This document shows, piece after piece, positions 16,197 through 23,418 of a stretch of 64,000 nucleotides of DNA. Each line of letters starts with the position of its first letter. Within the stretch, counting starts at the first letter, position 1. Where the stretch lies: assembly GCA_050506795.1 (NCBI GenBank), contig JBJHCF010000004.1, positions 68,872 through 132,871 of the forward strand, given 5' to 3'. Under the pieces are notes generated by a model, which was not told the DNA's origin, ran no database searches, and saw only the letters and a program-made list of their open reading frames with translations. The position numbers and the translations under genes are program-made. The DNA is from Opitutia bacterium. GTDB taxonomy: Bacteria; Verrucomicrobiota; Verrucomicrobiia; Opitutales; T3Sed10-336.

Positions 16197-18212
16197 TTAC
16201 GCCGCCGGCAGACTCAGAGCAAAGGTGGCCCCCTTGTTCTGCCCGAGGCTATAGGCTCTTAGCGTCCCGCCGAGCTCCCGGGCCGCCAGCGCGCCGCTAT
16301 GCAATCCGAATCCGTGTCCGTTTTTCTTCGTGGTGAATCCGTGGCTGAAGATGCGGGCCATGTTCTCCGAAACAATTCCGATTCCGGTATCGATCACTTG
16401 TATCTCCACCATATCACCCGCGGGTGCGACACGGATAGTGATCTTTTTGTTATCGGTATCCGCTTCGTCGCAGGCGTCCTTTGCATTCCGCAAGAGGTTG
16501 ATCAGGATCTGAAGCACCTTGTGCTTTTCGGTCGTGATGATCGGCTGGATACGATAATCGCGCTCCACATTCACGCCGTGCCGCGTGAAGGCGCCATCAT
16601 TGATGCGCAATGCGTCCTCCAACAGGTCAACCAGGTTTATTTCCTCCTTAACGGCGGAAACCGCGGCGTAACTTTGCTGCATGGCGACGATTTCCTTGAT
16701 GTGGTCAATGTTTTTCCTGAGCGATTGAACCTCCTCAAGCATGACGGTTCGCTCCTCGCTCAAGTGGCGCGACAGGACTTTGAGGTAGGAAGGGACTTCC
16801 TTTCCCCGGGAATCCTCGGTCAGGAAATATGCAAGATTGCCATTCTGCTGGTTAACGAGCTCCGAAAGTTTGTTCAGGCTCGCGCAACGGGAACGTTCCA
16901 GCCGGTCGGTCAAAAGGGTGGTTGTGATGTTTACGCTGTTGAGAACGTTGCCCACGTTGTGCAGGACACTGGTGGCGACTTCCGCCATTCCAGCCTGGCG
17001 GGAGGCGTTCACCAGACGCCGGTGGGTGAGGTCCAGTTCCTCAATCGCCTTCTTCCGGTCCGTGATATCAATAACCGTGGTCAAATTCTGTGCGGATCCG
17101 TCCAGATAATATCTGCGGTGGGTATAAAAGTGAACCCACACGATATCGCCGTCGGGTTTGATGTAGCGCTTTTCGAGCGAGTAGTGGTCGATCTCGCCCG
17201 CATCCAATTTTTCCTGCAATCGGGACTGCTGAGGACGGTCCTCGGGGTGGGTCATATTCTTGAAAAGGTAGGATTCGTTTCGCTGGTCCGTAGACAGCCC
17301 GCAGATTTCCAGATGAGTCCTGTTGATGAACCGTGAGGTGACGACTTTTCGGGTTCCGTCCCAGGTAATCAGCGATATACCGACCGGGACGTTGTCGAAT
17401 ATGAATTGGAGCGTGGAGCGTTCCTCCTCTGCTTCATCCTTGGCGGAGAGCAGGTCGGCGGTGCGTTCCTCCACCTTGCGTTCCAGATCGATGCGCGCCG
17501 CCAGAAGTTCGGCGTTTTGCGCTTCGATCCGTGACATCATGGCATTGAACGAATCGGTCAGCCGGCCGATTTCGTCTTCACTTTGCTTGGCGGCCCGCAG
17601 GGAGAAATCGTGATTCAGCGCCACCCGGCCAACGATTTGATCCAGGTGCGAGATTGGTCCGGAAATCAAACGTTGCAGACGTGATGCGATGACAAAAGTC
17701 AATAGGATGGATACGGCCATCACGGCGGTGACGATGATGGCGTAGCGCACCCATCGTTCTCGAATCTCCTGCAAGTCGGCCTGTAGAAATATGGTGCCGA
17801 CGCTGTCACTCCCGAGATGAATGTCCTGGAAAATAGTCAGGCTTTCGCTGGTGAACTCCTCTGTTTCGGATCGGACCGGAGGCCATTCGGTTCGGTTCGA
17901 GCCATAGCGTTGGTAAGTCGCGAAAACGGCGCCATCGGCGTCGTAGATACAGGCAGAGATCACATGCGGATGAGCATTCAATGCCTCGAGGGTTTGCCGG
18001 GCGAACCCGGGGTCATCGAAGGTCAGGGCGGCCGTGCTGTTGAAGCCGATCATGCGGGCGGTCACCGACAGGTCCCGGATCATACCCTGACGCGTGTTGA
18101 CCTGCTCGTAGGTGACAAATCCCGCGCTAGCCAGCAGAAGCGCGATTCCGCTGGTGACAAGAATAATCATCATCAGCTTGTGCCGGATCGGTATCGTTTT
18201 AATTGACGGCAT
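16197..18212 (-). CDS. sensor histidine kinase with a CHASE8-like periplasmic domain, HAMP and PAS
   Basis: An N-terminal TM is followed by a ~140-aa periplasmic domain, a second TM and a HAMP domain (DEIGRLTDSFNAMM). Then come a PAS domain, the H-box GMAEVATSVLHNVGNVLNS, and an HATPase domain (VIDTGIGI, GHGFGLH). Confidence 0.85.
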   Translation of the reverse strand: MPSIKTIPIRHKLMMIILVTSGIALLLASAGFVTYEQVNTRQGMIRDLSVTARMIGFNSTAALTFDDPGFARQTLEALNAHPHVISACIYDADGAVFATYQRYGSNRTEWPPVRSETEEFTSESLTIFQDIHLGSDSVGTIFLQADLQEIRERWVRYAIIVTAVMAVSILLTFVIASRLQRLISGPISHLDQIVGRVALNHDFSLRAAKQSEDEIGRLTDSFNAMMSRIEAQNAELLAARIDLERKVEERTADLLSAKDEAEEERSTLQFIFDNVPVGISLITWDGTRKVVTSRFINRTHLEICGLSTDQRNESYLFKNMTHPEDRPQQSRLQEKLDAGEIDHYSLEKRYIKPDGDIVWVHFYTHRRYYLDGSAQNLTTVIDITDRKKAIEELDLTHRRLVNASRQAGMAEVATSVLHNVGNVLNSVNITTTLLTDRLERSRCASLNKLSELVNQQNGNLAYFLTEDSRGKEVPSYLKVLSRHLSEERTVMLEEVQSLRKNIDHIKEIVAMQQSYAAVSAVKEEINLVDLLEDALRINDGAFTRHGVNVERDYRIQPIITTEKHKVLQILINLLRNAKDACDEADTDNKKITIRVAPAGDMVEIQVIDTGIGIVSENMARIFSHGFTTKKNGHGFGLHSGALAARELGGTLRAYSLGQNKGATFALSLPAA

Positions 18213-18234
18213 CTTAGGGAATTGTTTCTCGCTT

Positions 18235-18852
18235 CTAGCGCGGAGTGAGCGCCAATTGCAGCAATTGTGTGCTGATCGTCAGGTTCGCGTCTCTTGCGGA
18301 ATCGCGGTTCACAAAAAAGCGGACCCGGTCAGCGTGCAGAGTGAAGGTGATCACCCCTCCCATCCTCACGAACGCTTCGGATTCGCCCACGGTCAGGACT
18401 CCCTGTTGATGAATTTCGTTCAGATCACCGTCGATCAACAACTCGGCGCCCGCCGGAACAAACAGGAGGTGAGGTGTGCGTGAATCGGTAAAGGTGGGAA
18501 CGAATTCGACTTTGAAACCGCGACCGCTGACCTCCCTTCCGGCGAAGCTGTCCCGGAGTTCGTCGCCGAAAGGGTTGGTTCCGAGGACGTGAATCAGGAT
18601 GGGACTGTCCTCGGTTTCGAAATATTCCGGCACCCATTCCACGAACCGGGTGAAGTTGTAAAGAAACGCCGCCTTGATTTGATATTCCCTGGAGACGGCT
18701 GGGGTGGAACCAGGCAGGTTTGTCACAATCAACGGAGCAAGCATGAACAGTAACAAACCGCTGACCGCGGGCCGCGAAGCGAAGCGGAATGCCGGTGAAC
18801 GCCTTGTGTTCTTAACGATCATTTCGATGAATGCGGATACGCTCAGAAGCAT
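18235..18852 (-). CDS. YfiR-family (DUF4154) periplasmic protein
   Basis: It carries the EYQIKAAFLYNFTRFVEW signature and has a signal-like N-terminus. Its start overlaps the upstream stop by 1 nt (TGATG). Confidence 0.8.
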   Translation of the reverse strand: MLLSVSAFIEMIVKNTRRSPAFRFASRPAVSGLLLFMLAPLIVTNLPGSTPAVSREYQIKAAFLYNFTRFVEWVPEYFETEDSPILIHVLGTNPFGDELRDSFAGREVSGRGFKVEFVPTFTDSRTPHLLFVPAGAELLIDGDLNEIHQQGVLTVGESEAFVRMGGVITFTLHADRVRFFVNRDSARDANLTISTQLLQLALTPR

Positions 18853-19100
18853 CAGACCATTTTCCCGTAGACGGAGGTGACGGTTTCCATCATCAACTCC
18901 TCCAGACTGAGATCGGCGAAGTCGCGGGCGCTCGTAGGGGTCAAGGCTTGGGTGGCGGCAGGGACAGTGAAAAGGATAAGCATTCCGGATACCAGCGAGC
19001 CGCTCGCGCGTAGGAAACGGCTGGTCGATACCTTTGTTTTTGAAGGGATTACTGCATGGTTATGCTCGGTCATTAGAGATGTTGTCAATGTGGGATTCAA
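18852..19100 (-). CDS. small secreted protein carrying a TonB-dependent-receptor N-terminal-like motif
   Basis: The signal peptide is SGSLVSGMLILFTVPAATQA. The mature tail is LTPTSARDFADLSLEELMMETVTSVYGKMV. It is translationally coupled to the YfiR gene. Confidence 0.5.
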   Translation of the reverse strand: MNPTLTTSLMTEHNHAVIPSKTKVSTSRFLRASGSLVSGMLILFTVPAATQALTPTSARDFADLSLEELMMETVTSVYGKMV

Positions 19101-19328
19101 TTCGAGTTGGGTATCTATTTAAAGGGGTAATCGGTTATCGCGGGCTGTTTTACGAAGCTTTTACCGGTTGGGTTTCGGCTTGAGCCGGTACCTGGATTGG
19201 GAAAGATTGGCGCCATGGGCCACAGCACGTACGTAAGGGAGGGCGAGTATGAGGGGCGCGAACGCCGTCCGTCCGGATTCCGCGCGGGCCCGGCGGCGCG
19301 CTTGTTGCGGGTCAAGGGAGTTTTTCCC

Positions 19329-20369
19329 ATGCTAAAGGGTGAACTCCACAATCCGGTCATCGCCTACGAAACCTGGGGCGAGTTGAATGCGGCCCGGGAC
19401 AATGGTGTTTTGCTGTTCACCGGTCTGTCTCCTTCGGCGCACGCCGCGTCCTCGGTGGACGATCCTCGTCCCGGCTGGTGGGAGGACATGATCGGCCCGG
19501 ACAAGCCGATCGACACGCGGCGGTACTTTGTGATCTGCGTAAACTCTCTCGGGAGTTGTTTCGGTTCGACCGGTCCCGCCTCCGTCAATCCCAACACCGG
19601 GAACCCCTATCGTCTGTCGTTTCCGCGGTTGACCCTTGAGGACGTGGCCAACGCGGGTCTGGAGGTGGTCCGTTTCCTGCGGATCGAGAGGCTGTTCGCC
19701 ACTGTCGGGGCTTCCATGGGAGGCATGACGGCACTGGCCTTTTGCCTCCTGCACCCGGGGCTCTCCCGCGGTCTGGTGTGCATCTCTTCGGCCACCCACA
19801 GCCTCCCTTTCGCCATTGCCCTCCGTTCGTTGCAGCGCGAAGCGATTTGCTCCGATCCCGCCTGGCAGGGAGGCGCTTATCCTCTTGGGCGGGAGCCGGT
19901 CACCGGGATGCGCCTGGCGCGCAAGCTCGGCATGATCACCTACCGGTCGGCCGGCGAATGGGACGTGCGTTTCGGGCGCGAGCGTTCGCCCGAGTCGCGA
20001 GGCGGAGGAAGTCTCTTTCAGGGCGGATTCGAGGTTGAATCGTACCTGGAGGCGCACGCGGAGAGATTTATCGGTTCGTTCGATGCCAACTGCTACCTCT
20101 ACCTGTCCCGGGCGGTGGACCTTTTCGATGTGGCCGACCACGGGGGCACCGTGGAAAAAGGGTTGCGGAGAATCGTGCTGGAGCGGGCCCTGGTGGTGGG
20201 GGTGGAGAGTGATGTCTTGTTTCCCTTGCGACAGCAGGAAGCGTTGGCCGAAGGTCTGCGGACGGTGGGTTCTGACGTTCGATTAACGTGTTTGCCCTCG
20301 ATTCAGGGCCACGACTCGTTTCTAATCGACATGGAACGGTTTCGTCCGGTGGTGGGAGAGTTCTTCTGA
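19329..20369 (+). CDS. metX: homoserine O-acetyltransferase
   Basis: The N-terminus reads IAYETWGELNAARDNGVLLFTGLSPSAHAAS. The nucleophile elbow is GASMGGM, and the C-terminus has IQGHDSFL. The start is taken at the internal ATG 19329. Confidence 0.85.
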   Translation: MLKGELHNPVIAYETWGELNAARDNGVLLFTGLSPSAHAASSVDDPRPGWWEDMIGPDKPIDTRRYFVICVNSLGSCFGSTGPASVNPNTGNPYRLSFPRLTLEDVANAGLEVVRFLRIERLFATVGASMGGMTALAFCLLHPGLSRGLVCISSATHSLPFAIALRSLQREAICSDPAWQGGAYPLGREPVTGMRLARKLGMITYRSAGEWDVRFGRERSPESRGGGSLFQGGFEVESYLEAHAERFIGSFDANCYLYLSRAVDLFDVADHGGTVEKGLRRIVLERALVVGVESDVLFPLRQQEALAEGLRTVGSDVRLTCLPSIQGHDSFLIDMERFRPVVGEFF

Positions 20370-20437
20370 ATTCGCGCAGTATTTACCAACGGATGCGGAG
20401 TCCGTTCTGACGGACCTCGATATTTTTACGTTAATAT

Positions 20438-22009
20438 ATGGAAAACAAGGACTGGACTCGTTGGCGGGTGGTGATCGGAGCGGTGCTCGTCATGTTAATT
20501 CTGGGAACGGTTTACGGATACAGCATATTCTGGCAGCCGTTGTCATCCGAGGTCTTCCCGGAGGTCATCACGGAGGCGGAATACGCGGCTTTGTCCGACG
20601 CGGAAGAGTCACGCCGCGGTTACCGGGTGGTGGCCGATGCGGCGGCCGCCGAGCGCGAGCGCGACCGTCAGCAAGCGTATCTGAAATACGCGTTTTCCAT
20701 CTGTATTCTGTCCTTTGCCCTGGTTATGGTCTTCGCGGGTAGGCTCCAGGATTTAAAAGGGCCCCGCGTGCCGGCATTGATCGGGGCCTGTTTAATGGGT
20801 GGCGGGTTTATCCTGGCCGGATTTCTCGATGCGCCGATCGTCTTCTACCTGGCCCATTCGGCGTTTGCTGGGGGGGTGGTGGTGGTATTGCTCATGGTGA
20901 CGCATGCCTTTTCGCGCTCCAGTGGGGGGAGCGAGAGTCCGTTTGTGAAATACCTGCCCTTCGGCATTGTCACCGGAGTTGCGGTGGCGGCGGTGGTGCT
21001 CGCCGACGAATATGTGGGCGCCCTTGGAGAATGGGATCGGGTCTTTCTACTGTGGGGGACGGTAGGATTCCTTGCCGGCGCGGGAATCGGCTTCGCCTAC
21101 GTTTGTCCGATCGCGGCCCTGGTGAAATGGTTTCCGAATCAAAAAGGTCTGATGAGCGGTATTGCCGTCGCCGGATTCGGAATGGGGGCGTTTCTTTTCA
21201 AGGGGGATCCGTACATTGTGAATACTGAATGGTTTAGGATTCCCATCCCCGGAGCGCAGGGGTTCATGGAAATGTACGGAATCCGCAGCCTTTTTGTGGC
21301 GCATGGCCTCGTCTGTATGGCGGGAATCGGCATCGGCGCCATGTTGTTGAAAAATCCGCCGGGCGTCGCGCCGGCGCCGGGGGTGTCGGCCGAATCCTCC
21401 TGGCAGGAAACGCTGAAGCACCCGGCTTTCTATATTATGTGGCTGATGTTCTTCAGCGGCGCCCTGGCCGGATTGATGGTGATCGGAATCGTGCAACCGT
21501 TCGTGAGTGAGCGCATCGCCGCAGGCGGGATTGAAGCCGCGGAGGCGGCGGCGATCGGCACGGCCGCCGTGGGATACCTGGCGATCTTTAACGCTTTGGG
21601 CCGTATTATCTGGGGACTGATTTCCGACCGGATCGGACGCACAACAACGTTTGTCGTGCTGTTCCTCGTGCAGGCGGGGGTCATGTTCCTGCTCGGGCAT
21701 GTGAGCGGCGCTTTCGCGTTGTGTGCCGGCGCGGCGCTCGTGGGCTTCAATTTCGGCGGGTGCCTCGCTCTGTTTCCTCCGGCGACCTCCGATATTTTCG
21801 GCGCCAGGAATCTCGGGGCCAATTATGGCTGGCTGTTCACGTCCTACGGCTTTGCAGGGGTGTTCGGGATCGTGGCCGGCAACGCTGCGCGGTTGGCCAC
21901 GGGGAGTTACACCGCGGCCTTTATGCTTGCTGGCGTGCTCTGCCTGATCTCCGCAGGCCTGACGTTGGTCCTGCGGGCCGTTACCAAACCGAAAAGTGGG
22001 GCCGGGTGA
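20438..22009 (+). CDS. MFS transporter (oxalate/formate antiporter-like)
   Basis: 523 aa, multi-spanning and hydrophobic throughout, with a two-halves MFS layout. The subfamily call is tentative. Confidence 0.75.
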   Translation: MENKDWTRWRVVIGAVLVMLILGTVYGYSIFWQPLSSEVFPEVITEAEYAALSDAEESRRGYRVVADAAAAERERDRQQAYLKYAFSICILSFALVMVFAGRLQDLKGPRVPALIGACLMGGGFILAGFLDAPIVFYLAHSAFAGGVVVVLLMVTHAFSRSSGGSESPFVKYLPFGIVTGVAVAAVVLADEYVGALGEWDRVFLLWGTVGFLAGAGIGFAYVCPIAALVKWFPNQKGLMSGIAVAGFGMGAFLFKGDPYIVNTEWFRIPIPGAQGFMEMYGIRSLFVAHGLVCMAGIGIGAMLLKNPPGVAPAPGVSAESSWQETLKHPAFYIMWLMFFSGALAGLMVIGIVQPFVSERIAAGGIEAAEAAAIGTAAVGYLAIFNALGRIIWGLISDRIGRTTTFVVLFLVQAGVMFLLGHVSGAFALCAGAALVGFNFGGCLALFPPATSDIFGARNLGANYGWLFTSYGFAGVFGIVAGNAARLATGSYTAAFMLAGVLCLISAGLTLVLRAVTKPKSGAG

Positions 22010-22013
22010 CGGA

Positions 22014-22130
22014 TTACTTTTTCTTTTTCCTGGAGGACGACGCAGCCAGGGCTTTTGCCGCGTCCTTGCGGCGTTCCTGGTAGGCCTTGCGGCGGCGACG
22101 TTTGATCTCCTTGTTGTACTGTTTTCCCAT
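22014..22130 (-). CDS. very basic 38-aa protein (unannotated small ORF)
   Basis: My translation is MGKQYNKEIKRRRRKAYQERRKDAAKALAASSSRKKKK. It fills the otherwise empty gap between the MFS stop and the pfk promoter. Codon usage matches the neighbours. It is below the ORF-track size cutoff. Confidence 0.4.
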   Translation of the reverse strand: MGKQYNKEIKRRRRKAYQERRKDAAKALAASSSRKKKK

Positions 22131-22249
22131 AAGCGGGTCACTATCGGGAAGCATTTCGGCGATTGCAAGCCATGATTGGCGAAAGCCGCGGCCGGAATTT
22201 GAAAGTTGCCGTCGGAACTTCCTGTCTCCAGCATCGGCTCCAGAGACTT

Positions 22250-23404
22250 ATGGGAAGCAAATCCAAGACGAAATGTATCGGCATTCTCACCTCCGGCGGT
22301 GACTGTCCCGGCCTCAACGCGGCAATTCGGGCGGTGGCCAAATCGGCCATGCACTATGGGATCCGGGTGCTGGGCATTCCCGACGGCTTCCGCGGTCTGG
22401 TGGAAAATCGTTTTCATCCCCTGGAGGATTCGGATGTTTCGGGCATTCTGAACCGGGGAGGGACCATTCTCGGCACCAGCCGGGACAAACCCCATAAGAT
22501 GCCCATGGGTGACAGAATCATGGATATGACCAGCGTGGCAGTGGCGAATGCCCGCGGGAAGCAGATTGACTGTCTGGTCTGTCTGGGCGGCAACGGCACC
22601 CAAAAGAACGCCCGTCGCATTCGGGACGCCGGACTGAATGTCATTACCCTGCCCAAGACGATCGACAACGACGTGATTGGGACCGATGTGAGTTTTGGGT
22701 TCGATACCGCGATGAATACCGCGGCGGAAGCTATCGACCGACTGCACACCACGGCGACGAGTCATCACCGGGTGATTATATGCGAAATCATGGGGCACAA
22801 GGCGGGATGGCTCGCCCTGGGCGCCGGCATTGCCGGTGGCGCTGATGTGATCCTTATCCCGGAGATACCCTACGATCGCGAGGTCGTGGCGGAACATCTG
22901 ATGGAGCGGCGCAAGCACAGCAAGCGTTTCTCCATCATTGCGGTGGCGGAAGGCGCCCGTTCGATTAAAGAAGCCAGGGAAGGCAAGAAGGCCGAGCCGC
23001 CGGAACCGGAGGCGAGTAAAAACCCGAAAAAATCCTCGAAAAAGGCCGATTTGCTGCATGACGGCCCGCATTTGGTCCAGGAATCACTCGACAGCCGGAT
23101 CGCACGTCAGTTGCAGCAACTCACGGGACTGGAGGCGCGCACGACTTCGCTGGGCCACGTGCAGCGCGGCGGTTCGCCCTCCGCCTTCGACCGGCACCTG
23201 TGCACCTTGTTGGGCACGCGGGCCGGTGAGTTGCTGGCGGCGGGTCAATATAACGTGATGGTGGCCTTGCGCGGATCGGAAACCGTTCCAGTGCCGTTGG
23301 ACGAGGTTTCCAGCGGTTGCCGAACCGTGCCGAACGATCATCCCTGGATCCACGCCGCGGAACTGGTGGAGACCTGTATGGGAAATCGTATCCGGCGCGA
23401 CTGA
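22250..23404 (+). CDS. 6-phosphofructokinase
   Basis: Motifs seen are IGILTSGGDCPGLNAAIR, GGNGT, PKTIDND and MGHKAGWLAL. There is a charged insertion KEAREGKKAEPPEPEASKNPKKSSKK. The start is taken at ATG 22250. Confidence 0.9.
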   Translation: MGSKSKTKCIGILTSGGDCPGLNAAIRAVAKSAMHYGIRVLGIPDGFRGLVENRFHPLEDSDVSGILNRGGTILGTSRDKPHKMPMGDRIMDMTSVAVANARGKQIDCLVCLGGNGTQKNARRIRDAGLNVITLPKTIDNDVIGTDVSFGFDTAMNTAAEAIDRLHTTATSHHRVIICEIMGHKAGWLALGAGIAGGADVILIPEIPYDREVVAEHLMERRKHSKRFSIIAVAEGARSIKEAREGKKAEPPEPEASKNPKKSSKKADLLHDGPHLVQESLDSRIARQLQQLTGLEARTTSLGHVQRGGSPSAFDRHLCTLLGTRAGELLAAGQYNVMVALRGSETVPVPLDEVSSGCRTVPNDHPWIHAAELVETCMGNRIRRD

Positions 23405-23418
23405 GATTCGCCCCGGCG

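Noticed and set aside
19101-19328. A SAM riboswitch in the ~230-nt metX leader.
   Set aside because: I looked for the SAM-I, SAM-IV and SAM-II conserved cores and could not find a convincing match by eye. Only an Infernal/Rfam scan could settle it, so it is not reported as a feature.
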